NCBI RefSeq assembly: GCF_006345805.1
Contig: NW_021833724.1
Location: 1-55,362, forward strand
Direction of reading: 5' to 3'
From: Octopus sinensis
Taxonomy: Eukaryota
Length of the DNA stretch: 55,362 nt
The position numbers and the translations under genes are program-made. Below, in pieces: positions 36,587 through 50,184 of the stretch. Within the stretch, counting starts at the first letter, position 1. Each line of letters starts with the position of its first letter. The notes beneath the pieces were generated by a model. It saw only the letters and a list, made by a program, of their open reading frames with translations, was not told where the DNA came from and searched no databases.

Positions 36587-37060
36587 GAGTATGCATGGAA
36601 TGTTCTCATTTCTTTCTTTACTGTCCAGCAGGTGTCGCCTTAGTGATACAATTCATCATTCAAAAACTGCTTCGAGTGATTTTATGCCTCTACCACCATC
36701 ACTTCATCTCCCATAAATCCTATCCGTGTATGTATGTATGTATGTATGTATGTATGTATTGTATGTATGTATGTATGTATGTATGTATGTATGTATGTGT
36801 GTGTATATGTCAATGTGTGTGAGTGTGTTATTCTTAGAAAGTGACGCCAAAACAATTCTGTTTGTTGTTTTCTTTGAAAGACTGGATGAATTAGAAGATT
36901 TGTTAATAAATCTGCATTGGAAGATATTGGAATTGATAATTGTGTCTGCGGTTTCTCTGAGAATACCATTCTTATGGACAGAATGTTCTCACTGTTCTGT
37001 CCCCAGTTCCTAAATGCCACCAGTAACATTCGGCGAGAGACATTAGACATATTATTTTAT
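36158..37060 (-). pseudogene. R4/Dong-like RLE non-LTR fragment (RT thumb to zinc knuckle), interrupted by (CT)n and (TGTA)n
   Basis: GGRGIKSLEAVFE**IVSLRRHLL, KAMHGYV...IDKKTS...YMTSHQEG...ATKYLIDKRD and RCLCYTNVEDII (CxxC-like knuckle). Confidence 0.75.
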
Positions 37061-37146
37061 ATTCACAATACCGACGTTTGTGTTGTCCTATCTGAATATA
37101 TATATACGCTCATAGAAATACGTGCATATATATATATCCTATACAC

Positions 37147-37201
<55 letters not shown>

Positions 37202-37473
37202 GTATGTATATATATGTATGTATGTATTTGTTGAGTGACATCATTCGCAGTTCATTTTTGTTTCATTCTTTCTAAATATTCTGACGAATTTTTTAAAGGA
37301 AACGGCATGATTATTGTGCGAATGTCGATTTTATCAAATAAAAACCCTTTCATCTACACACGTTCTGAACCGAGTACTTTCTTTCTGTTGGACAGTGGAC
37401 ACTTCTTGTAGCCACCGACAGATTTTTATCATTTGTGCATTAGTGTGGGTGTATAGATATGTGTTTATATATG

Positions 37474-38121
37474 TACACAGACATGACAGAAGTAAATAGA
37501 CACCCATCCATCAAACATCGTCTTATGTTTATTCTATCTTGTAAAGGTTTATATTTTTTATTAATTGAAATTTTTATGTTTCAAGTTCAATACGTGACTG
37601 CTTAATCATGCCATGTACAAAAGAAGTCTTAGAACTGACTGAATTTCAAAGAGGCCGTGTTGTGGGTCATTCTGAAGGTGGCCATAGCATAAAATCGCAG
37701 AAAACCTTGGGATCCCACTTTCTACAGGTAATAGAGTGATTGTACAATTTCCCAGAGAGGGGAAGGAGTCCACATCACCTCGCCCAGATCAATCAGGGTC
37801 CTCTGACAGAGACATTCTCTTTGTTAAGAGAAGTGTGGACAATAATCCTCGTTGCAAGGCCTCTGACAGAGCATAATAAGTTGATGTCAGTCCCAGAACA
37901 GCTGCCAGGTGTCTCCACAAACTTGGTTACTATGACAGAGCAGCAAGAAGGAAGCCAATTCTTCGACCAGCCAATATCAAGTGGAGAAAAGATTGGGCCA
38001 GTGAGATGGTGCAGAGGCCACTAGTATTTTGGGACACTGTCATGTTCTCTGATGAGCCCAGATTTGCTGTATTTCCTGACAGTGGTTGAGTGTGGGTCTG
38101 GAGACTTTGCTATCAAGAATT

Positions 38122-38123
<2 letters not shown>
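37474..38123 (+). mobile_element. Tc1-family DNA transposon, left end plus N-terminal transposase pseudogene (ATG at 37609)
   Basis: ELTEFQRGRVVG...[30 protein letters not shown] (first catalytic D region). Begins TA-CACAGACATG as in Tc1 TIRs; truncated at a TA microsatellite. Confidence 0.88.
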
Positions 38124-38162
<39 letters not shown>

Positions 38163-38374
38163 CTCTTTTGCTCTTTTACTTGTTTCAGTCATTTGACTGC
38201 GGCCATGCTGGAGCACCGCCTTTAGTCGAGCAAATCGACTCCAGGACTTATTCTTTGTAAGCCTAGTACTTATTCTATCGATCTCTTTTGCTGAAGCGCT
38301 AAGTTACGGGGACGTAAACACACCAGCATCGGTTGTCAAGCGACGTTGGGGGGGGGACAAACACAGACACACAA

Positions 38375-38451
<77 letters not shown>

Positions 38452-38546
38452 TACGACGGTCTTCTTTCAGTTTCCGTCTACCAAATCCACTCACAAGGCT
38501 TAGTAGAAGACTTGCCCAAGATGCCACGCAGTAGGACTGAACCCGG
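38163..38546 (-). mobile_element. SINE-A, short internal deletion and 5' truncation, expanded internal (TA)n
   Basis: Near-identical tail and body to the 737 copy. Confidence 0.92.
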
Positions 38547-38841
38547 ATATGTGTGGATGCATATATATCTGGTTATATATACACACTCAACACGTCCACA
38601 TATATATACATACATACATATACATATGTATATTATATATACATCTTGTTTTCCATTTGTTTCCTTCATTTTTCGCAAAAAAAGTTCATATTCCATGTAT
38701 TCGTATTTCGTATCTCGTGTTTTCGTTTTTATGTTCTTTGCGTTCCGTGACGTCCTGTGCCCTCATATGCATATGTACGTATATATAGATGTAAGTATGT
38801 ACATATACGTATGTATACATGCACATATATATTATTTATAT

Positions 38842-38896
<55 letters not shown>

Positions 38897-39214
38897 GCAT
38901 ACATACATACATACATGCATACATAGACACTTAGCTATATATGTGTATGTATGCGAATATGTGTGTGTGAGAGAGAGGGGGGATATGCGTTCATGTGTCA
39001 ATATGTATACACATATCTATGTTTTCGTCCATTTCTGTGTATGTGTATGTGTGTGCGTGTGTGTGTGTGTGCGTGTGTGTGTGTGCGTGTGTGTGTGTGT
39101 GCGTGTGTGTACAGCTACACCGAGCTAAGATGTGTGCATGGATGGGGCTGAGTGTGAGAAAAAAAAAATGAAAGAAAATGATTCTCACCAAATTTCAAAT
39201 TCCAGTCAACAACT

Positions 39215-39600
39215 CACGTGAAATCGGAACCTGCGATCTTGGGATTCCACTTGTTGTCAATTTTCATTAGACATTACTTGAAGTGTCCCATGCTGAGAAG
39301 GGCGAATAAAACGGTTTGGGAATTATCTTTCAGCAACATACCGCAGCGTTACATAACGGATTGTCCCATAATAAGAATGGACGCGCAAGAAGTTATGGAA
39401 CGAGAATGGTAATTAGGGAGAGGAAGAAATATTTCGCAGACATAAAAACGTAACTATTTCTTCGCTGAAGAATTTTGCAAAAGGTTCAATGACGCAGAAA
39501 TCTCAAATCAAAAATATATGAATATCTGGAAATGGCTTAACGGGAATGGGACGAGGAAAATAGTCGAGATGTTAACATCAAAATAGATCTACAAGTTCTA
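39215..39600 (+). pseudogene. Possible ancient CR1-like RT remnant
   Basis: CDLGI (cf. RDLGI) and ILQKVQ*RR (cf. IEKVQRR) occur in the expected order. Weak. Confidence 0.25.
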
Positions 39601-39637
39601 GACATCGTTCTCCTTCTTATTTGTAGCGAAGGTGGAG

Positions 39638-39682
<45 letters not shown>

Positions 39683-39715
39683 ACACACACACACATACAC
39701 ACACACACACACAAG

Positions 39716-40529
39716 TGGAGGCATAGCTCTGTGGTTAGACCTTTGCTTACCAACAACATGGTGGAACCTTGGGAAAATTTCTTCTACCACAACCTAGGGT
39801 CGACCAAAGCCGGGTGAGAGATTTCTGAAGGAAGCTTTAAAGAGATGTATGTATGTGTGTATGTATGTATGTATGTATGTATGTATGTATGTATGTGTGT
39901 GTGTGTATGAATGTATGTATGTATGTATGTATGTATGTATGTATGTATGTGTGTGTGTGTATGTATGTATGTATGTATGTATGTATGTATGTATGTATGT
40001 GTGTGTGTATGTATGTATGTATGTATGTATGTATGTATGTATGTGTGTGTGTATGTATGTATGTATGTATGTATGTGTGTATGCATGTATGTGTGTGTGT
40101 ATGTATGTATGTATGTATGTATGTATGTATGTATCTATGTATGTATGTATGTGTGTGTGTGTATGTATGTGTATGTATGTATGTATGTATGTGTGTATGT
40201 ATGTATGTGTGTATGTATGTATGTGTGTATGTATGTATGTATGTGTGTATGTATGTATGTATGTGTGTATGTATGTATGTATGTGTGTATGTATGTATGT
40301 ATGTGTGTATGTATGTATGTATATCTGTGTCATTGTCTGTTCCCCACCATCGCTTTACAGCCGGTGTTGGCGTATTTGCGTCCCTGTCACTTAACGCTTC
40401 GGCAAAAGAGACTGATAGAAAAAGAACCAGGTTAAAAAAAAAAAGCCCTGGGATTGATACATTCGACTAAAAATTGTTCAAGGCGGTGCCCCAGCATGGC
40501 CGCCGTCTAATGATTCAAACAGGTAAAAG

Positions 40530-40530
<1 letters not shown>
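39716..40530 (+). mobile_element. SINE-A with its internal microsatellite expanded to about 480 bp of (TATG/TGTG)n
   Basis: Diverged head 39716-39844, array 39845-40322, body and tail 40323-40530 ending GGCGGTGCCCCAGCATGGCC. Confidence 0.82.
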
Positions 40531-40588
<58 letters not shown>

Positions 40589-40597
40589 CAGATAGAC

Positions 40598-40658
<61 letters not shown>

Positions 40659-40660
40659 CA
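40530..40660. repeat. (GATA)n microsatellite continuing from the SINE tail
   Basis: Directly visible. Confidence 0.97.
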
Positions 40661-40753
40661 CACACACACCTTGCCTTCGTCAGCTGCAGATGAGAGCACG
40701 AGAATGGTAGCAGTTTCGATACACACCCGCGTCGACACAATTTTTAAAACACC

Positions 40754-40969
40754 AAGGGCGGTGAGCTGCCAGAATCGTTAGCACGCCGGGTGAAATGCTT
40801 GGCGGGGTTTCTTTCTGTGTTTACGTTCTGAGTTCAAATTCCGCCGAGGTCGACTTTGCCTTTCATCCTTTCGAGGTCAATAAATTAAGTACCAGTTACG
40901 CACTGGGGTAGATCTAATCGACTGGCCTCTTCTCCAAAAGTTTCGGGCCTTGTGCCCAGAGTAGAAAAG
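40754..40969 (+). mobile_element. SINE-B with a B'-type tail and 13-bp TSD
   Basis: AATTTTTAAAACA at 40739-40751 and 40970-40982. Confidence 0.88.
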
Positions 40970-41269
40970 AATTTTTAAAACAAACGGAATCCAATCAAAA
41001 ATTTGTGCGCGTGAAATCTTTCACTTTTAATAAAACAATGGCAGTGTTGGGGGGATTTGACCTTGGCATGTTTAGAAAATTAGATTTGTGCTTTCAGAGG
41101 TAAGATGAGGTTAGACAACAACAGCCATACCAACAACATCTACAACAGCAATAACTATAACAACAACATCCCTACAAGATTTCCAATTCCTCAATCTGCT
41201 TCCAAAGCCGAGTCTAGATTTGTAGCTTTTGATCTGAGATTGACAAGAAAAATAACCAAATAACGATAT

Positions 41270-41872
41270 CTATTATTCGGTTCCAATATTATTCGGTATT
41301 TTTACTCTATTCTGCTATTCTGGTGTTCTATAATTCCGCTGTTCTATTATTCTTTTCTATTATTCTGTTCCATTATTCTGATGTTCTATTGCGCCGGTGT
41401 TCTATAATTCTGCTGTTCTATTATTCCAGTGTATTATTATTATGCTGTTCTGTTATTCTGGTGTTCTCTCATTCTGCTGTAAAGTAATGATGCTTCATTA
41501 TTCTGCTGATCTGTTATCCTGGTGTTCTATTATTCCGGTGTTATTAGACTATTAGACTGTTGTTTTATTATTCTGGTGATTATTATTCTGGAGTTCTATT
41601 ATTGTGGTATTATATTATTCCGACGTGCTAATATTCTAGTGTTCTATTATTCCAGTGTCCTATTATTCTGCTGCTCTGTTATTCTGCTGTTTTATTATTC
41701 TGCTGCTCTATAATGCTGTTCCGTTATTCTGCTATGCAATTATTCCGGTATATATTATTCTTATCTATTGTCCCGGCGCTCTGTTATTGTGCTATTCTAT
41801 TATTCTGTCGTTCTATTATTCTGTCGTTCTATTATTCTGTCGTTCTATTATTCTGTCGTTCTATTATTCTGA
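41270..41872. repeat. Degenerate minisatellite based on TTCTATTATTCTG; homogeneous 16-bp unit TTCTATTATTCTGTCG at the 3' end
   Basis: Directly visible; about 4.5 perfect units at 41795-41870. Confidence 0.85.
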
Positions 41873-42659
41873 AACCCTTCCCTTTTAACAAAATCAAAAA
41901 CAGTATGGATTGGTGCGTGGTTGTCACGGATGAAGAAATCAATATTGTTTTTAAGAACTGAAACAAGAAACGGGGATGGGACAGACCCGTGACCCTTTAT
42001 TAATCAAAAGCCAGTCTAGTTTTCATCCCCCAAAGTCTGGTCCATTCGTTAGTTAAAAAACCATTCTTTACCAAAGAACAATCTTTCCATTATAAAAGAA
42101 TTCTAAAATGTCAGCAAATAATTTTCACACAATAATATTTAACGCAATTTCCCATCCTAATTACAAATTAAGAATTTTAATTGTCGTTGCTATTTAGCCC
42201 ATGTTTTCCTCTGACCCAACAGACCTATAATCAAAGACGTTCCAGCCGTGACATTCCTACCATGAACCCTAGATTTACTACTGCATTGCTCAATGTGTTC
42301 TTCATTGTCATTTTTTAGCAGTAGTTTCAGAGTGAAGGCTGATATCTGCCTGCTATTTCTAGCAGATCGAATGACCACATAAAGGCTTCTTTGATCATTT
42401 AAGAATTTTAATTATAATCGATATTGGAACTGGTTAATTGACTTAAATGTCTGAGAGGCCATCTGGAATATTTGGAACGTCTTTCAAGAAAGAACAAAAA
42501 TGTCTGAGACAAATTCTTCAAATTAAGGCCATTAACAGCACCAAAGAGTTTCGGGTTAAAAGCTTTCTCCAACACAAACAGTTTCGTCAATATCTTGTTG
42601 TTGTTGTTGTTGTTGTTGTCTTAGAGATGCTGCAAGAATCTTCACTTTAATTTTCTTCC

Positions 42660-43032
<373 letters not shown>

Positions 43033-43040
43033 TCTGCTAT

Positions 43041-43245
43041 TAAGGCGGCGAGTTTGGCAGAATCGTTAGCTTGCCGAACAAAATGCTTAGCAGCATTTCT
43101 TCCGACTCTTTAAATTCTGATATTCAAATACCCTGAAGTCCTTCTTTCTTTCGGTATCAGTAATAAAATACCAGTCAACTACTGATGTCGACTTACCCCT
43201 TCCCTTGAAAATTGCTTACTTTGGGCCAAAATTTCAAACCATCGT
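43041..43245 (+). mobile_element. SINE-B', strongly diverged
   Basis: AAGGCGGCGAG head and CTTACCCCT...AAAATTTCAAACC tail. Confidence 0.7.
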
Positions 43246-43248
43246 ATT

Positions 43249-43326
<78 letters not shown>

Positions 43327-44239
43327 TCTTTTTTTCTTTTTCTTCTTCTTCATAGTCTTTTTCTCCCTCTCCCTCCTCCACCTCCTTCTCCGCTGCCGCT
43401 GTTACTAACCAAACTTTGGCGAAACGAAGACGCTAGCTATCTCCGTAGATGATAGAAGAATCCTGTACTTGAAGGAATTTCTTCATTTAGTCGTGTATTT
43501 ACATTGAACAAGATATCGGGGGGGGTCGTGAGTGGGGAGGGACGGAAGGATGGGTGGGGAGTATACATTTATTAGGATAAAGGGAGCGAAAGGAAAAAAA
43601 AGTGGGGGCACGTAGATTGACGTGGGGTACAAAGGAAAAAAGATACGTCTGGATGTAAACAGAGATATTTCGCGAGAAATTAAGACAAACAGCGCTTTGA
43701 TGTTGAACAGTTTTTGTAAAGTACAAAACAAGAGAGAGAGAGAAGGGGGGAGAAAATGGTGGCCTTGTCTGGAAGAGAAGCAGCAGCAGCAGCAGCCGCC
43801 AGGATAAATAAAGACTAAATATCACTGGTTTCTCTTCTCTTCTGATGCCTTGTTTTATCTGCCAAGATAAGAATCACTAATGAAACTATTGGATGTCTTA
43901 ATATAATTCTTTAATTAAGATAAGCCTTGAGTGTCCTGGGGGAGGAGGTGAGTTACAGGAGAAAGGAAAATTGTTTTGAAAAGTTTGTAAATCTGGGTTT
44001 AGGTATGTGTGAAGGGGTGGTTAAGAGGATCGCCTTCTAACTCCTGACTTTCGAGTTTGATTCCACCACGGAAGGTCACATTGGAAAATGTAATCCCAGA
44101 TACTCTTTTCTCAATAAAGACAAAGAATCTACAACCGCATCGTCCAAAGTTTGGTTTTCTAAGACGTTAAGCTTGCGATTTGAGGGAGATTTGATTGCTA
44201 TTTCTGATTGTTCGACTCTCTTTTACAAAAATGAGAATT

Positions 44240-44570
44240 ATGTCTAAACGTTTGTAAATGTGGGGGTGAAAATAGAGCTTTTTGATCCAGAAGATCGCTT
44301 CACATCTGAATGGTTTCGGTTTTGATTCCATTGTACAGTTCTTTGGACATCGCCTCCAGTCGACCACAGACTCATGGGTGGCATTGGAGAGTGAAGGCAA
44401 GGTTCGTATTCTTCAATAATAACCATAATCTCTCACCTGTGACTTAACGCCACTACCTGACCCTTGGCTACTCTGAGCGATGTCCCTTAGTATTCAGAGC
44501 ATCTCTCTGACCTGACAGCATCTTCCTCTCTTCCTCCAGTTTGTCTTGGACTCCCTAATAAAGGCCAAGA
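44240..44570 (-). pseudogene. Possible RTE-clade RT remnant
   Basis: TGGREEDAVRS (cf. dGGteeDvkaR) and DWRRCPKNCTMESKPKPF...IFW (cf. etW..t..m..k.qtF...IfW). Frameshifted. Confidence 0.4.
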
Positions 44571-44931
44571 GTGTTGTCCATCCTCCTGTAATGAATTTAG
44601 GTCAGTTACAACAACGATGTTTATCGAACGACAAAGTTTAACGATGAGGCTTTAAAATGTAATGGCGGAATGCGGTTCTTTTGTCGAAGCTCGCCAAATG
44701 CAACGATGGACTTCAATATCAAGATGCGTCAGAGAAATAAATGAAGAACAATGCTTGCTTCATTAATAATATGGCCATTTATTATATATCAATTATTATG
44801 TTGTTACAATGATGAAGAGGATTATAATTCAGGTTGTTACAGTATATAAGAAATGTACAATTTTGTTGAGTTGTTTGTGTGTACACAGCCTGTCTGTCGA
44901 TCTCCGGTCCACTTTGTATGATAATGGTTTC

Positions 44932-45148
44932 CACGCCGGGCGAAATGCTCAGCGGTATTTCGTCTGCCGTTACGTTCCTAGTTCAAATTCCGCCGAGGTC
45001 GACTTTGCCTTTCATCCTTTCGGGATCGATTAAATAAGTACCAGTTACGCACTGGGGTCGATATAATCGACTTAATCCATTTGTCTGTCCTTGTTTGTCC
45101 TCTCTGTGTTTAGCCCCTTGTGGGTAGTAAAGAAATAGGTTTCGTCCC
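44932..45148 (+). mobile_element. SINE-B, ending just past the dimer junction (AAAGAAATAGGTTTCGTC)
   Basis: Near-identical to the 32207 unit. Confidence 0.92.
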
Positions 45149-45387
45149 TGTGACTGCTAACGAGAAGGTCAGAGCAAAAAGAATGTATGCAGATAGAGTA
45201 ACAGTTGTGTTCTCGTATTTGTGGCAGGACATATCTGAAGTGAGAAACACAGCCATGCTTATTGGCAGGCGCCGAATTACCAAAACAGATCGACTGATAT
45301 TTGTTTGTGTATCTATAAGTTCTCTCTTTAAATTAGGTCAAGCTAAAACGATGAAATTTTCCAGTTTTGTCCCGTACATGCCTGTAA

Positions 45388-45512
45388 TCCATTTACAGCT
45401 GAGTGGACTGGAGCAACGTGGAAGGGAGTGTTTTGCTCAAGAGTACGATTCGGGAATCGAACCAGTGACCGCTGAATCACGAGTGCAACATCCTAACCAC
45501 GGATCCAAGTGA
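45388..45512 (-). mobile_element. SINE-C head and core, diverged
   Basis: CAGCTGAGTGGACTGGAGCAACGTG...GGAATCGAACC...CCTAACCAC. Confidence 0.7.
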
Positions 45513-46264
45513 CTTCAAGTTGCACGAATACGTATGTGCGTGAGTGTATGTATGACCGTACACACACACACACACATGAGCGCAGATACACACACAAACA
45601 CACACCACTTGCTAATTCACCCAATTGTGAATTAATTAGGATAATGCAGTTTATTACTTACCAATAATTAATATACTTCTAACACAGCGGGAGATTTTTG
45701 AAATATTTCAAGATTTCAATCCAATGAACTTCATTTTAAAAAAATGTGACCTATACAAAATACGATGAATGAAGTTTAACCTTAATTACATTATACATAA
45801 TTAATTCTGTTACTTTTTGCTAATTAACGCATAATCTCAGTGTTTTGTTTGTCAGTTGATAGCCATGACTTCGACATCGAACGGAAATCGCTTGCATTCT
45901 GGATTGTGATTTCATTTACTTTGTACACTAATTACTTAAACAACACCTGTTCATTTATTTTAAAATATTGATATCCATTAATATATTTGTTTTTATACAG
46001 AAAAGGTTGTTAGTGACTTCGAAGTTTTTCACTGGTGTTACAATCAAACTTGTCCTTGTAATAATAAGCGTGATACTCCAAATAAATATATTAAACGAAA
46101 TACTTGGTTAGTTCTAGGTACCGTTGCACACACACACACACACACACACATGAAGACACACACGCAAACACGCACACACACGCACACACACACATTCATA
46201 CACACACACGCACACAGTCACACATGTATACACACACGCACATATATGTATGTGTGTTTATCCG

Positions 46265-46430
46265 TTACTTTTAATCTGTTTCAGCCATCAGATCGCGGCC
46301 ATGCTGGAGCTTTAGTTGAACAAATCAACCTTAGCACATAAGTCTGGTAGTTACTGTATCGGTGTCTTTTGCCGAACTACTAGATTACAGGTATGTAAAC
46401 AAACCGACACTATTTATCATGCAATGGAGG
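46265..46430 (-). mobile_element. SINE-A 3' half, diverged
   Basis: GCGGCCATGCTGGAGC...TTTTGCCGAAC...GTAAACAAACCGACAC. Confidence 0.65.
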
Positions 46431-46450
46431 GGAGCACACACACACATGTA

Positions 46451-46504
<54 letters not shown>

Positions 46505-47211
46505 GTGTGTGTGTTTATTACTGTTTATTAGTCAATGATTAATATTTTAAGCATTGCGGAAAGAAGGGGAAACAACTACAAACCTGTTGCATTGTTATTA
46601 TGACCTCATCAGTGAAGTCTATATTTGCCGACGTAGGGACGACAGAATTTTCAAGTAGTTGTGAAATATTGTACAAAGGTAGAGTTTGACATTTAACACA
46701 GTTTTAAAATAAAACACCAATGGAAATTTCTCAGAGAAGCCATTCTCATGAAAAGCAATAGTAAAGTTAGCGTCAGCATATTTAATGCAGTGAACATTAA
46801 ATACTTAATTAGAAATAATTATGCAGTAAAGAAAATACAATATTAGTCAATGGCTTATATTATCTTAATTGTTCTAGCTTGTGTGGGAAACAACGCCGGG
46901 CGTGTTTGCCTGAGAAGGTGTAATAAGACCGAAACATAACTATATGTTTATTACTCTACCTACAGGATATAGCTGAGAGTAGAGGAAAATCATAAAGGGA
47001 AAATACCATATTTGCCTTGACATTGCTCCTCAACTCTTTGGTTGAGTCGTAAGAGTGCCGCTGTGGGGTAAGGCGCGACTTGGGTAAGCTTAGACCAGGC
47101 TGAGCCCATCCCGTCCAGACCAGATCACAACCGATTTCTTATAGAGAGACAAGAGGAAGGACTAACAGAAATAAAAGAGCGAGAGAAAAGAGGACTCGAC
47201 CTCAATACAGA

Positions 47212-47445
47212 ACTGGTAAGTTTACTTGTCCAACCCGAAACGGTAAAAGCTGGCCTCGACGGGACTTGAACTCAGAGTGCAGAAACAGTTACCGCACAGC
47301 AATCAATCCGACGAGCTAACAATTCTGCCAATTATCTGCTTTGTAATTAATTTTTACTAATTATGGCTCAAGGCCAGCACTAATTTATTTTCTCGACATC
47401 CGAAAAGATGAAAGACAAAGCTGACCTCGGCGAAATTCGAGATGC
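47212..47445 (-). mobile_element. Two degenerate SINE-B fragments
   Basis: TTGAACTCAGAG...CTAACAATTCTGCCA and CCGAAAAGATGAAAGACAAAGCTGACCTCGGCG. Confidence 0.5.
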
Positions 47446-49113
47446 TATTGTCGAGAAAATGGCGGCCTGTATCAATGAATCTATATTGATTTTAGTGAAC
47501 AGCCAGAAATATATTTTTTTACTTAATTGGAGTACAATTTAATTGCACTAATTGTGATTTCTTTTTCCTTTTATGACAATAACCAGTCGTCTCAATTACA
47601 GGTCTGTTTAATTAATCACATTGATTAATTAGATATATTTTATGATTCAGTTACTTCCGTTTGTTACCAAGAGGTTAGACGTTCTTCATGATTTTTCTTA
47701 GTTGAATTAGAAGCCAACCACGACCACCACTACCACTACTACTACTATAATTGCTGCAACCACAACTATTGCATCTACGACCAACACTACCACCGCCAAC
47801 AAGGATGTCACCACCACAATCACTACCATCACCGCCAACACCACCGCCATCAACAACCACAGCGAAAAAACCTGAATGTGGTCTTTCAATTTTCTAGAAA
47901 TAGCAGTCAAACTACCCTCAACTTAGTTACTACCATCTTAGAAAAAACGGAAGGATATATTGCATTATGTATAATTGGCATTTTGTTGGAAGCGGGTTTC
48001 TACCCAAGGGAAATGAAGAATAGCTTTGGTACCCGTATAATTTGAACAGAAAACGTTATCAGACGAGTTAATTACACATCAGAAAAAATTGTGTCGGGCA
48101 ACTTACCAATTCTGTAGAGTAACACCCCCCCCCCCACCAAGTGACACCACACATTCAACGAATATTAATCACGAGTTTCTTGAAAGGTATGAATAGCATG
48201 TATGTGTGTGTGCGCGTGTGTGCGGGCAGGTCGTGTATGTTTATATTTTCCCCAATATCCTAGTCATGATTATCAACATACGAAACCGGTAGACTGGGGT
48301 AATATTCTATCATATAAGATATATTTGAAATATATAAATTGTGTGCATTTTCCTTCCTTATATATTTTTTCACTACAACTCACCATGAAAATATTTCCGG
48401 CAAATTTTTTTACTATATATATATATATATATAGGGGAGAATTCACAAAAAACAAAAGACGAAGACAGGTGGTCTAGACAACAAACAGATGTATTAGTAT
48501 AATGCTCGGGAAGTGAAAAACTTAGCGGTTCGCCAAAGGGGAATCAATAAAATAACTCAGCAGGTGAGGGTGTGGTTGTTACTTTCTGTTGCTTCCTTGC
48601 TGTTTCTTATCGCCACATTCTCCCTCTTTGTTTCTCTCTCACTTTCCCATTCTCTTACTCTTCCTTTCTCTCGGACTCTCCCTCGCTTTCTCTTACTCTC
48701 TGTCTTTCTCTATCTGTCTCTCTCCCATTTATAAAAAAACAAAAGATCTTGAGAAAGTTGAGAAAGAAGACATTTTGAAAGATCAATCATAAATATCAGA
48801 CAACGGAAAGCGCACTTGCCTTTTGTACGGGCCTCTATTCGAGCGATTAAAAATAAGGAAAAAAAGGGTTTCGTTGTTAAATTTAGTTCTTATTTTGGGA
48901 ATTTTTCGACGATTGACCATGCAAATGAAAGCTCTAAACACGGGTTACATGTAACTGTAAATTTCTTTCAGAAAAAATGAAAACTGTAAACAATAAAAAA
49001 TAAAGGCGAAAATACGTAAAATGAGAAAATTTTTTTTAACTTCGAAAATCTTGCCTTAATTTTCAAAATTTCGAACCCATGTTCCGCGCTTAAATTACAA
49101 ATCCGCTTCTAGT

Positions 49114-49420
49114 TTACCACATGTCTCTAACTAATTTAGTCACATTACTTTTATCGATGTGCCGGGAAGAAGATAAATGGTTTGCATAACGTCTTTTGAA
49201 TTTGCCCTCACATAACTCGATGTAATTCCTCTTTTCAATTGATTTGTCTTGGAGCGTAGCTGTAACATCAGCCTCGTATATAACGGAGTTTATCATACAC
49301 GCCTGGTCAAGTGGACAAGCTTCAGGGTGTCGACAGTTACAAATAGCAATTGTCTCTTGGTGATTTTTGCAAGTTCTAACGTTCTTCATATTGGGGCAGC
49401 AGCTGTATGACAAAGACACA
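49114..49420 (-). pseudogene. Penelope-like GIY-YIG fragment
   Basis: SYSCCPNMKNV...CNCRHPEACPLDQAC..SVIYEADV...NYIELCEGKFKRRYANH is a typical PLE Cys-rich linker plus GIY-YIG domain. Confidence 0.88.
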
Positions 49421-50184
49421 CAGACACCAACATCCGCCACTCGCAAGCGAACACCATTCGGTTGCATGTGCCTTGCTTTCGCTAACTCTTTTAAGCGTCT
49501 CTCTGCAGTCACGCACACACACACAGACATCCTCTCCACCTCGCCATACTCGAACCAGTATTTATGGTATGACAGACGGAATGAAAGTGGAATGTCCTCA
49601 GCACTCGGCAAGGATTCATTTATCAGCTGAATGGATAAGAACAATGCAGGGATCGAACTTATGACTTTATGCTCGTTAGCGCAACACATTAACCACAGGG
49701 CCTGGTACTTTCAAGTCCTGCTCAATCCCAACATTATTGTTAATCCATTTTACTCCACTCACAGGATAAAGTCCTACGATTAGTAAAAGATTTATTGTTT
49801 TCCAGGAATAAATCCCTCTTGGCTTTAGTGTCATCGCAGCTATTTGAACTCAGAATGCGTAGATCTTAGAACATATACTGCAAGGCAACTCGCCCGGTGC
49901 TCTCTTTATTTATCGACGCCGAAACAACGAACGCCTAAAATTAACTTGGTCGGAATTGGAACTCGGGGCATTGGGTACGAGAACAAATATTAAGGGCATG
50001 TCTGACGACGCTGCCTCTACGCCACCATTCGATTGTATGTATGTATGCATGTATGTATGCTCGTGCATATTAAAAACATCGATACATACGTACTTACACT
50101 CAAACATATAAGCATATGTCTAGAACAAGATAGAAAAAGATAGCAAACACCTCCTACATAGGAAGTTGACTAGATTCGGATGGG

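Noticed and set aside
37281-37310. CTGACGA...GAAAC hammerhead-like string
   Set aside because: It lacks the required U before the cleavage site (GGC), and the stems are weak.
45120-45512. 130-aa ORF on the plus strand
   Set aside because: It starts inside a SINE-B tail and ends inside an antisense SINE-C. No recognisable domain.
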